Below are positions 56,097-64,000 of a stretch of 64,000 bases of DNA, piece after piece; the first letter of the stretch is position 1; every line of letters begins with the position of its first letter. This DNA comes from Polyangiales bacterium. GTDB lineage: Bacteria > Myxococcota_A > Polyangia > Polyangiales > Polyangiaceae. A program made the translations under genes and the position numbers. The stretch spans positions 1-64,000 of the forward strand of contig JBBRLQ010000024.1 in NCBI GenBank assembly GCA_038231275.1. Direction: 5' to 3'. Below the pieces are notes generated by a model, which saw only the letters and a list, made by a program, of their open reading frames with translations, searched no databases and was not told where the DNA came from.

Positions 56097-56639
56097 ATGA
56101 CGATCCAAGAGCCCGGCCGCCGGTTGATGCACGCGGTCCCGCTGAAGTTCGTTCAGAAGCGGGTCAAGGGCGGCGGACACCGGCCGATCAACGCGGGCTT
56201 GTCGCTGACGAGCATGATCGACTTCCTCGTCGTCACCGTCGTCTTCCTCCTGATGACGTTCGACGCGTCCGGCGAGAAGCCCGCCAACAAAGGCGTGACG
56301 CTCCCGCCCGCCGAGAACACGCTCGACATGATCGACGCCCCGATGGTGGCGGTCACGGGCTCGCTCATCCTGGTCGACGGCACGCCGGCCGGCAACACGC
56401 GCGCCATCGAGGACAGCAAGCGCCTCCAGCGCGTGGACGAGCTCTTCAACCTGCTCAAGGGCAAGCGCGAGCTCTGGAAGCAGCTCCACCCGGGCAAGGA
56501 TTTCCCGGGCGTCGTCGTTCTGCAGATCGACCAAGAGGTTCAGGCGATCGTCGTGAAGAGCGTGTTCCAAACGGCCGCGTTCGCGGGTTACCCGAACGTT
56601 TCGTTCATGGTCAACGCGCTGCCGAAAACGACTCATTGA
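56097..56639 (+). CDS. aglS: ExbD/TolR family protein, AglS orthologue
   Basis: MTIQEPGRR...LTSMIDFLVVTVVFLLMTFDASGE; TAAFAGYPNVSFMV. Confidence 0.85.
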   Translation: MTIQEPGRRLMHAVPLKFVQKRVKGGGHRPINAGLSLTSMIDFLVVTVVFLLMTFDASGEKPANKGVTLPPAENTLDMIDAPMVAVTGSLILVDGTPAGNTRAIEDSKRLQRVDELFNLLKGKRELWKQLHPGKDFPGVVVLQIDQEVQAIVVKSVFQTAAFAGYPNVSFMVNALPKTTH

Positions 56640-56688
56640 GCTCGCTGCGCGAGCACAATGAGCCGTTGGCAGCTTGATTTGAGCTAGT

Positions 56689-56723
56689 GGGGCTTTCGCC
56701 CCCTCAAAACCTTCGGTTTTGAG
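56689..56723. terminator. Tandem hairpins after aglS
   Basis: GGGGC-TTTC-GCCCC followed by CTCAAAAC-CTTCG-GTTTTGAG. Confidence 0.45.
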
Positions 56724-56785
56724 CCTCCCCTCATCGCCTGCGGCGAAGTCGTGCTTAGCACGACGGCGGACCCGAAGGTTTCTAG

Positions 56786-57748
56786 ATGGCAGATAGGGAA
56801 GTCGGGCTGAAGTCCATTCGCGACGCCAAGGGGAATCGGGAGCGGGCGCAGAGTCGGGTGACGCCGCAGCACATGCTCTTCGTGCTCTTGTCGGCGGTGA
56901 CGGTGACGATCATTTATTTTGTCGTCGCGGGGCGGAACCTCGACGCGAACAAGGACAAGCTGCTGCAGAAGCAGCGCGCGGTGCAGGCCACCGTGGGGGC
57001 CGAGTGGGGGCCGCTGCGCGACAAGATCGAGAAGGCGACGCTCGACGCGGCGGCGACGTTCAAGGGGGACTTCGTCGACTCGGAGGCGGGGCGGCTCGAG
57101 TTCCGCACGGCGCCTGGGATCTATCTCCGCATGCGCGCCGCGGAGGCGAAAGACGCCGCGAGCCTTCGCAAGGCCGCGCGGACGTCGCTGCGTGACTCGT
57201 TCGTGGGGTGCCTCCTCCGCGGGGCGCCGAAGCCTGCGGCCGCGCACACCACCGACGCCACCGACGCCGGCCTCTTCCCCGATCAGCCGTGGAACATGCG
57301 CCAGGCCTACACCGCCACGCGCATCCTCACCGACGACTGGGTGACCGATGTGAAGGCGTCGGACGACGATCTGCGCCTGCGCGTCTTCCAGCAGCAATAC
57401 GACCAAGCCATCCGTGATGAGATCCCGCTGGCGATCGAGATGCTCAAAAAAGCGCAGTTCTTCCTCCTCGTGCTCGACGAGGACACCGAGGCCGCGCGCG
57501 ACGCCAACGATGGCGGCCGCATCGACGAGGAGTCGCTCCAGCTCGTGCCGCATCCCTCGCGCGTGCACCTCGTCAATTTGAAGACCGGGGCGGAGATGCT
57601 TCTGCTGAAGCGGAGCGGGCAGGCGTCGTTCTACATGGCCGGCGATCGGGCTACGCTCGATCCGGAGACGCGCGCGGCGATGCAGCGCAACGTGAACAAC
57701 TGCGATCTCGCCAACCAGGTCACCGCGGCGCTGGCGGAGAAGAACTGA
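56786..57748 (+). CDS. Hypothetical bitopic membrane protein
   Basis: Single N-terminal TM followed by a ~270 aa extracytoplasmic domain; GC3-biased codons. Confidence 0.75.
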   Translation: MADREVGLKSIRDAKGNRERAQSRVTPQHMLFVLLSAVTVTIIYFVVAGRNLDANKDKLLQKQRAVQATVGAEWGPLRDKIEKATLDAAATFKGDFVDSEAGRLEFRTAPGIYLRMRAAEAKDAASLRKAARTSLRDSFVGCLLRGAPKPAAAHTTDATDAGLFPDQPWNMRQAYTATRILTDDWVTDVKASDDDLRLRVFQQQYDQAIRDEIPLAIEMLKKAQFFLLVLDEDTEAARDANDGGRIDEESLQLVPHPSRVHLVNLKTGAEMLLLKRSGQASFYMAGDRATLDPETRAAMQRNVNNCDLANQVTAALAEKN

Positions 57749-57750
57749 GC

Positions 57751-59487
57751 ATGTCGCCGGACCCGCGCGTCGAGCGCGGCGGCGCGGCGGCGGTCGCGGG
57801 CGCGTTGGGGCTCGGGTATTTCGCGACGGCGTGCCCGTTCGTGCTCGGGGCCGACAACGGCGAGTTCGCGACGATCTTCGCCGAGGGAGGCGGCGCGCAT
57901 CCGCCGGGGTATCCGCTGTATGCCCTGTATTTGCGGGCGATGGCGTGGATGCCGGCGGCGAACGCGGCGCACGGATCGGCGCGCGCGACGGCGCTGCTCG
58001 GGATGGTCGGCGTCGCGCTCGTGTACGCGGCGTGCCGGGCGTGGGGGGCCTCGCGGCCGTCGGCGACGCTGGCGATGGGGATGTTCGGCCTCGGGCGCAT
58101 CGCGTGGGAGCAGCTCACGCAGGCGGAGGCGTTCGCGCTCAACGTCGTCTTGTGCGCGGCGTTCCTGGCGGCGGCCGGAGAGACGGCGCGCGTTCGTGGT
58201 GGGACGCGTCTCGTCGTCCTCGGCGCGCTGACGGGGCTCGGGGCTGCGCACCATCACACCCTCGCGACGCTGATGCCCATCGGAGTCGTCGCCGCGGTGC
58301 GCGCGTTTCGCGAGGAGGGGGCGCGTCCGCGGGACTTCGCGGCGGCGATCGTCGCGTTCGTCGGGGGGATCTCCGCGTATCTGTACCCCGTGCTCCTCGC
58401 GCGGAACCCAGCGGGGCGTTGGATCTGGGGGGCGCCGAGCGACCTGCGGAGCACCTTCTATTTGTTCGTGCGCGGCGACTACTGGATGACGCGGCAGAGC
58501 CCGCGCGGTCCGTGGGAGCAGATCGAGGCGCTGGGGGCGGGGCTCGGCGAGGCGTTCGCGGCCATCGGGCTCGTCTTCGTCGTCGCGGGTCTCGCGATCC
58601 TCGTCGTGCGCGCGCGCGGCGCAAAGACGCTGCCGCGGGCGTATGGCGTCGCGCTCGTCCTCAGCGTGCTCCTCGCGGGGCCGGCGCTCCTGACGCAGTT
58701 CGGAGGGCGCCCGATCGGGATCGGCCGCGCGGTGTCCGAGCGTTTCTACCTGCTCCCTGCCCTGCTGGCGTGCCTGGCCTTCGCGCGCGGCCTCGACGTG
58801 ATCCTCACGCGCCGCGCGCACCCGTGGCGATGGAGCGTGGCGGCGCTGGCGGCGCTCGCCCTGTACCACGTCGTCGTCGTGCGGCCCGAGGTTCGCGAGG
58901 ACGAGCGGCCGACGATCGATCGGTACGCGCGCAATCTGCTTCGCTCCGTACCTCCGGACAGCGTCATCGCGGGAAACGGCGACCTCCAGATTTTCAGTGT
59001 ACTCTACATGCAACACGCGGAGCGGATACGCCGGGACGTCGTCTACGTCGATGTCGGGATGATGGGCCTGCCCTGGTATGCGAGCGAGCCGACGGCGAGG
59101 CTGTCCCTGATGCCCGGGGCGGCGTTCGATCTGCCGTCGTTCTTCGATGGGATGCTCGACGCGGGGCGCCCGCTCTTCGTCACGACCCCCGACTTCACGC
59201 TGCCGCCGCGCTTCGCGTTGATTCCGTGGGGCGCCCTCTTTCACGTCGTGCGCGCGGAGGCGCCGGCGCCGAGCCTCGACGAGCTCGAAGCGCAGAACCT
59301 GGCGCTCGCGCGGACGTTCGCGTGGGACGAGACACCCGTGAAGGATCACTGGTCGTGGTCGGGCGTCGCCGAGAACGCGTACCGCGCGCCGTGGCTCGCG
59401 CTGGCGCAGGGATTCAAGGCGGCGGGCCGACCCGAAGACGCCAAGCGGAACGCGGTGCGCGCGTCGCGGGGATCACTAGGGCCCTGA
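57751..59487 (+). CDS. DUF2723 (TMEM260-like) GT-C membrane glycosyltransferase
   Basis: DNGEF...GGAHPPGYPLY, QLTQAEAFALN, GLGAAHH, ERFYL, GNGDLQIFSVLYMQHAERIRRDV; many TMs. Confidence 0.88.
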   Translation: MSPDPRVERGGAAAVAGALGLGYFATACPFVLGADNGEFATIFAEGGGAHPPGYPLYALYLRAMAWMPAANAAHGSARATALLGMVGVALVYAACRAWGASRPSATLAMGMFGLGRIAWEQLTQAEAFALNVVLCAAFLAAAGETARVRGGTRLVVLGALTGLGAAHHHTLATLMPIGVVAAVRAFREEGARPRDFAAAIVAFVGGISAYLYPVLLARNPAGRWIWGAPSDLRSTFYLFVRGDYWMTRQSPRGPWEQIEALGAGLGEAFAAIGLVFVVAGLAILVVRARGAKTLPRAYGVALVLSVLLAGPALLTQFGGRPIGIGRAVSERFYLLPALLACLAFARGLDVILTRRAHPWRWSVAALAALALYHVVVVRPEVREDERPTIDRYARNLLRSVPPDSVIAGNGDLQIFSVLYMQHAERIRRDVVYVDVGMMGLPWYASEPTARLSLMPGAAFDLPSFFDGMLDAGRPLFVTTPDFTLPPRFALIPWGALFHVVRAEAPAPSLDELEAQNLALARTFAWDETPVKDHWSWSGVAENAYRAPWLALAQGFKAAGRPEDAKRNAVRASRGSLGP

Positions 59488-59492
59488 GCGAC

Positions 59493-60710
59493 TCACTTTT
59501 CGCGGATGAGGACGTGCAGATCCGCGAGGTTCAGGCCGGTCGGTCCCCCGGGCAGGGCGGACTTCGCTTCCAGGTGCAGCGCCGCCGTGTCGAAGCGGCG
59601 GACCGCCTCGTCGCACTTGGCTTCGTCGATCGCTGTGCAGAACTCCGCGTCGACGACCGCGCCGGCGGTGCTGCTCCCGCCGTCGACGCCGTCCGACGCG
59701 CCACACAAGAACGAGACGCCCGCCGGCAGCGTGTGCGCGAGGACGGCCGCGAGGTGGCACGCGCGACCGCCACGGCCGGGCTTGATGCCCCCCATCGCCA
59801 CGAGCGGCTCGGCGGCGCGTACCACCGCTTCGCCGCGATCGAGCTTGTGCGCGATGGCTCGGTACTCCGACGCCATGCGCTGCACCTCGAGGCTCTGCGG
59901 CGGGAGCGTGCGGACGCCGTACCCGTGCTTCATGAGGAGCTCGGCGGCGATGCGCGCGAGATCGTCGGGAGCGAGGATGGTGCGCACCTTTTGAAGCGAA
60001 GCCTCGGGATCGCCGGGCTTCAGCGTCTCCTTCATCGGAATGCCCCGGAACCTGCGCGCGTGATGCAGCAGGATCGCGCGCGCCTCGGAGGCGGTCGTCG
60101 GATCGGGGACGGTGGGGCCGGAGCCGACGTCGTGCGGCGCGCCGCCGATGACGTCGCTCACGAGGTACGCGAGCGTGTGCGTCGGCGCCGCGGCGCGTGT
60201 GAGGCCGCCGCCCTTCAGCTTGGAGATGTGCCGACGAACCGTGTTGAGCTCCTGGATCGTCGCGCCCGAGCCCATCATCGCCGTGATGATGTCGCGCTTT
60301 TCCTCGAGCGTGATCCCGTCGATGGGCACCGCGACGAGGGAGGACGTGCCGCCAGAAATGAGCGCGAGCACGAGACCCGGCGCCTCGCGGGCGACGTCGA
60401 TGGCGCGGACCGCCGCGGCGACGCTGCGCATGTCGGGGAGAGGATGGGGCGCGCGCAGGAGCTCGACGCGCGGATCCGACAGGCCGCACGGGACGCCGTC
60501 GGCGGTGACGACCAGCACTTTGTCGATGTACGGGCTCCATCGCTCGAGCGCGCCCGCCGCCATCGCCGGCGCGGCCTTGCCGAGCGCGATGATCGACGCC
60601 GACAGCGCGCGCGGCGGTCGCGCCGGCAAGACGTCGTGCACGCGCGTGGCCACGTCCGTCGACGTGACGGTGGCCTGGAAGATCTGGAACAGCAGATCGC
60701 GCAAGCTCAT
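59493..60710 (-). CDS. Glycerate kinase / hydroxypyruvate reductase-like protein (DUF4147 + MOFRL)
   Basis: LGKAAPAMA, HPLPD, LISGGTSSL, ELNTVRRHISKLKGG, SDVIG, GSGPT, SDGVDG, TGLNLADL. Confidence 0.93.
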   Translation of the reverse strand: MSLRDLLFQIFQATVTSTDVATRVHDVLPARPPRALSASIIALGKAAPAMAAGALERWSPYIDKVLVVTADGVPCGLSDPRVELLRAPHPLPDMRSVAAAVRAIDVAREAPGLVLALISGGTSSLVAVPIDGITLEEKRDIITAMMGSGATIQELNTVRRHISKLKGGGLTRAAAPTHTLAYLVSDVIGGAPHDVGSGPTVPDPTTASEARAILLHHARRFRGIPMKETLKPGDPEASLQKVRTILAPDDLARIAAELLMKHGYGVRTLPPQSLEVQRMASEYRAIAHKLDRGEAVVRAAEPLVAMGGIKPGRGGRACHLAAVLAHTLPAGVSFLCGASDGVDGGSSTAGAVVDAEFCTAIDEAKCDEAVRRFDTAALHLEAKSALPGGPTGLNLADLHVLIREK

Positions 60711-61342
60711 TTCGGACCGCGGTCGTCGAAGTCCACGGCGTGCGTGCCGAAGAACTGGTGCCACGCAAGCGTCACCGAGAGGTACGCCGCGCGATCGGAC
60801 GGACCGCGAACCGTCCCCTCCCCGAGCGCCGCGTCGCTCCACCGAACGCCGCCGTGGAGGCCGATCCACGGACCGCTCGCGCGCGCGAAGACAGGGAGCT
60901 CGAGGCCGACGCCGAGCTGGAGACCCGGCTTGTCGCCGAGCGAGCCGCCGATGGGTTGCGCGAAGAAGGTGCCGAGCTCGAGGCCGAACGAGTCGATTGC
61001 GAGGTCCACGCGCGGCGAGCCGAATTCGCGATCTTGGAGCCAACGCGCGAGGAAGAGCGGACGCAGCTCGAGGCCGAACGAGACGACGCGCTTCGGTTCT
61101 GCGCCCGACGACAGCACGGCGGCGTCCTCGTAGGCCGCGTAGACGCCGACGCTGTCGAGGTACCGCACCCTCAGGTCCAGCGTACCGCGCGCGCCGCCGG
61201 GGCCGACCGTCGCGCCGAGGCCGCCCACGACCGAGACGTCGCCGTCGATGCGTCCGTACGTCGCGTCGGGCTTCTCGAGGCGCGGCGGCGCGGCGGGCGG
61301 CGCGACGGTCGCGACCTGCGCGAAAACGAGCGCGAGCATCAC
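60707..61342 (-). CDS. Hypothetical protein, possible outer-membrane beta-barrel
   Basis: Alternating amphipathic strands (TLDLRVRY, VSFGLELRP, LQLGVGLELP, YLSVTLAW); 4-nt overlaps with both neighbours. Confidence 0.7.
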   Translation of the reverse strand: MMLALVFAQVATVAPPAAPPRLEKPDATYGRIDGDVSVVGGLGATVGPGGARGTLDLRVRYLDSVGVYAAYEDAAVLSSGAEPKRVVSFGLELRPLFLARWLQDREFGSPRVDLAIDSFGLELGTFFAQPIGGSLGDKPGLQLGVGLELPVFARASGPWIGLHGGVRWSDAALGEGTVRGPSDRAAYLSVTLAWHQFFGTHAVDFDDRGPK

Positions 61343-62661
61343 GGCCCCTGCCCGCCAAGCGCGAGGGTGATCTCGTCGCGCAGCTCGGGGGCGACGATGA
61401 GCCTCACGCGCGAGAGGACCTGGCCCGCGAGGCGCGCGAGGATGAACGAGACGTCGCTCAGCGGACGCGCCGGCCCCTTCTGGAAGACCACCATGAGCGG
61501 CTCCGGCTCCGCGCCGAACGGCGTGTCGGTGGAGACGTCGAGGCCGACGTACATGTCCGGATCGAGCCCGCGTTTTTGAGCGACGTCGCGCGCCACGGCG
61601 AGCGCTTCGTCGCGCCCGGGACGAATCGCTTGCTCGCCGAAGAGCTCGTACGTCTTGAAGAGGACGCGCGCGCGAATTCGGCGCGACATGTCCGCGAGCG
61701 GCGCGTCGCGAGCCCCCTCCCACGCATGAATGGCCGTAAAAATGGCCGCGTCGTCGAGCTCGAGGTAGTCGCCGAGCGCGAGCGGCTGACCATGCGCCCC
61801 TTGCTCGATCGCGCGCGGAAGCATCGGGAGGCGATCTCCGGCGGCGACGCACTGGGTCGCGCGCGCGAGGACGGTGCGGATCATCCACTCGGCGGCGCGC
61901 GTCGCCTTGTGCAAGTACACCTGCTGGAACATGAAGAGGCGCGACAAGATGAACGCCTCGATGGCCGGCAGCCCCTTCGCCCCATCGATCGCGAGGCCCG
62001 GCGCGCGACCCTCTTTCGCCGGCGCGAAGCGAAGGCTGCGAAAGAGCCACGGCAGATCGTAGTCGCCATAGCGGACGCCGGTGGCATGCGCGTCGCGGAG
62101 GAGGTAGTCGCAGCGGTCGACGTCGAGGGTGCCGCTCACCGCCTTCGCGAGGTACGGGAGCGCCTCGCCGCCTGCCAGGGCTGCCGTGCTCTTGCCCGAC
62201 GCGAGCGCCGCGACCCGCGCCGGCATGAGGGGGTCGAGCGACGCGAGGATCTTGTGAACGCCGGTGCCTGGATCCAAGATGATGCGCTCGGTCCACTCCT
62301 CGTGGTGCGGCGTGCCCGGGATCGCGTCCTCGAAGAGGTGCGAGAGCGGTCCGTGCCCGACGTCGTGGAGGAACGCGGCGGCGAGCGCGTCGCGCGCGCG
62401 ATCGGTCGTGACCTGCTGCCAGAACGGGAGCTCGCCGTGGATCTGCCGCAGGCGCAGGAGGAGCATCTTCATCACGTGCGCGGTGCCGACCGCGTGGGCG
62501 AAGCGCGTGTGCTCGGCGCCCGGGAAGGCGTAGTTGGTGACGCCGAGCTGCCGGATGCGGCGCAGGCGCTGGACCTCCGGCGTGTCCATGAGCTGCTCGA
62601 CGACCTGCTCCTCCTCGGACTCGAACGAGACGAGGCCGTGCACCGGGTCGCGGAGGATCAT
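61339..62661 (-). CDS. HD-domain phosphohydrolase (SAMHD1/YwfO-like dNTP triphosphohydrolase family)
   Basis: RDPVHG, QRLRRIRQLG, AEHTRFAHAVG, LHDVGHGPLSH, DVDRCDYLLRD, QVYLHK. Confidence 0.94.
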   Translation of the reverse strand: MILRDPVHGLVSFESEEEQVVEQLMDTPEVQRLRRIRQLGVTNYAFPGAEHTRFAHAVGTAHVMKMLLLRLRQIHGELPFWQQVTTDRARDALAAAFLHDVGHGPLSHLFEDAIPGTPHHEEWTERIILDPGTGVHKILASLDPLMPARVAALASGKSTAALAGGEALPYLAKAVSGTLDVDRCDYLLRDAHATGVRYGDYDLPWLFRSLRFAPAKEGRAPGLAIDGAKGLPAIEAFILSRLFMFQQVYLHKATRAAEWMIRTVLARATQCVAAGDRLPMLPRAIEQGAHGQPLALGDYLELDDAAIFTAIHAWEGARDAPLADMSRRIRARVLFKTYELFGEQAIRPGRDEALAVARDVAQKRGLDPDMYVGLDVSTDTPFGAEPEPLMVVFQKGPARPLSDVSFILARLAGQVLSRVRLIVAPELRDEITLALGGQGP

Positions 62662-62741
62662 CGGAGACGCGAGACTATCAGATCGACCTCACCGCTGCCC
62701 TCGCGTGCGCGACAGCGGTGAGGACGGTCCCGATCTACGAG

Positions 62742-63125
62742 CTAGAGCTTCTCCTTCAAGTAGCTCGTGATGTAGGGCGTCGCAGCGGCTGCAGCGGTCG
62801 AGGCCATCGCCGGATCGAGCCCCGCCTTCGAGACGAGCGCGCTGGTCACTGCACCGACGAGGGCGCCGGTTGCGCCATCCTCCAGCGCTCCCTTGAGCCC
62901 GTCGCCCTTGGCGATGCCAGTCGCGAACGCGGTGAGGAAGTTGCCGATGCCTTGCTGCGCGACGGCACCGCCGCCGTCTTTGAGGTGGTTGGCGACGGCG
63001 TCGGTCGCGTGTCCGAGCGCGCCCTGCGCATCCGCCGGCGGGATGCCGGCCCCGGTGAGCGCGTCGAGCGCCTGCTTGCCGTGGGCGGACGACATGAAAT
63101 CCTTCATCAGCTCTTGAACGTCCAT
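62742..63125 (-). CDS. Small Gly/Ala-rich hypothetical protein
   Basis: AAGGAG RBS upstream of ATG 63125; 127 aa. Confidence 0.75.
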   Translation of the reverse strand: MDVQELMKDFMSSAHGKQALDALTGAGIPPADAQGALGHATDAVANHLKDGGGAVAQQGIGNFLTAFATGIAKGDGLKGALEDGATGALVGAVTSALVSKAGLDPAMASTAAAAATPYITSYLKEKL

Positions 63126-63199
63126 CGGCGGGTGCTCCTTCTCTTTTCGCTTCGTTACGAGGGCGCGGTGTTCGTAGCACGGCCATGTGCGCGGATCGC

Positions 63200-64000
63200 T
63201 CACTGGATGAGCAGACTTCCCATCGCGCCGTCGTCGGAGAAGACGCGTACTCCCATCGGGCCGCTCTTCGCCGAGCGCGTGACCGTCGCGTCGCGCTCGG
63301 CGCGGACGGCGCGCGCTCCGGGTGCCCGCTCGGAGTGCCACGTGGTCGCGAACGGGCCTTTGCCATCCCACGCCGCCGCGACCGACCACGCGAGCGGCTC
63401 GGTCGGCTCGACCAGCGTGATGCGGGCGCTTCGCTTGTCGCGCTTGTCGCGATGGTCGCGATCGACCTCGACGCGCGGCGGCGGCGCGACGGGCCAGGCA
63501 GCAGAGCGCGTGTGCTCGACGGAGACACCCGCGCCCGCGCGAAGGAGACGCGCGCGCGCGGTCGCAATCGCCGCAGGATTCACGTCGCCGCAGATCGCGC
63601 GACGCCCGGTGGCAAAGGCCGCCTCGGCAGTCGTCCCGCTACCCGAAAACAAATCCACGACGAGCCCGCCCTCCGGGCTCGCGCAGCGCAGGATTCTATC
63701 CAGCAGCGCGCGCGGCTTCTGCGTCGGGTAGCCGGTGCGCTCGCCGGGCTTCGCGTGACGGAGCGGTGGCACGTCGGTCCACAAGGCGTCGACCCGTCGC
63801 TCGCGGCAGAGGACACCCTCGTCGTTCTTCACGAGGAAGTATTTGATGTAGACCTTGCCGCTCGCCGTACGGTGGACGCGTCCGATCTCGTCGAGCTTGG
63901 CGATGGACGCGTCGGTGTAGTCGCCGCGCGGCGCGCTCGTGAAGGGGCGCCCTTGGTCGTCTCGCCGAATGGCGCCGGGCTCGATCGGCTCGAGGCGCGT
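63200..64000 (-). CDS. Site-specific DNA methyltransferase (N4/N6 class), 5' end outside the window
   Basis: Frame open from 64000; GYPTQKP, VVDLFSGSGTT, GRRAICGD; extra C-terminal domain of about 100 aa. Confidence 0.9.
   Translation of the reverse strand, partial: TRLEPIEPGAIRRDDQGRPFTSAPRGDYTDASIAKLDEIGRVHRTASGKVYIKYFLVKNDEGVLCRERRVDALWTDVPPLRHAKPGERTGYPTQKPRALLDRILRCASPEGGLVVDLFSGSGTTAEAAFATGRRAICGDVNPAAIATARARLLRAGAGVSVEHTRSAAWPVAPPPRVEVDRDHRDKRDKRSARITLVEPTEPLAWSVAAAWDGKGPFATTWHSERAPGARAVRAERDATVTRSAKSGPMGVRVFSDDGAMGSLLIQ

Noticed and set aside
61339..64000. Anti-phage defence island (dNTPase plus methyltransferase)
   Set aside because: The HD gene is coupled to housekeeping-type genes, composition matches the host, and there are no mobility or other defence genes; unsupported within this window.

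Overview
High-GC (about 70% by eye) chromosomal window, almost certainly from a myxobacterium (Polyangiaceae/Labilithrix-like gene content: FHA-sigma54 activator, four Ser/Thr kinases, many Cys-rich lipoproteins, AglRQS-type motors). It holds about 51 CDS and no rRNA, tRNA, CRISPR array or transposase that I can support. Core genes: rpmG (missed by the ORF track), mreBCD-mrdA-rodA, a lolC/E homologue, pspA, hppA, hslO, a P-type ATPase, glycerate kinase, an HD hydrolase and a partial DNA methyltransferase. Most notable: (1) two complete TolQ/ExbB + 2xExbD (AglRQS-type) proton-channel motor operons set back to back around an 811-bp spacer that carries a perfect 16-bp inverted repeat over a sigma70 -35 box and a pyrimidine-skewed tract, plus a ~125-nt rod-like hairpin between aglR and aglQ; (2) a pervasive D-[AGS]-[GAS] tripeptide in exported proteins, even inside folded domains, in the same window as a DUF2723/TMEM260-like GT-C glycosyltransferase (candidate protein-tagging system); (3) an ECF-like sigma factor head to head with a zf-HC2/kinase/TPR protein, with a TGCGACC-N15/16-CGT motif upstream of two exported-protein loci; (4) a P2A-like ATPase missing two canonical Ca2+ ligands; (5) a split, convergent redoxin / heme-Cu-monooxygenase-TPR pair. 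All family assignments come from motif recognition by eye; no database searches were run.
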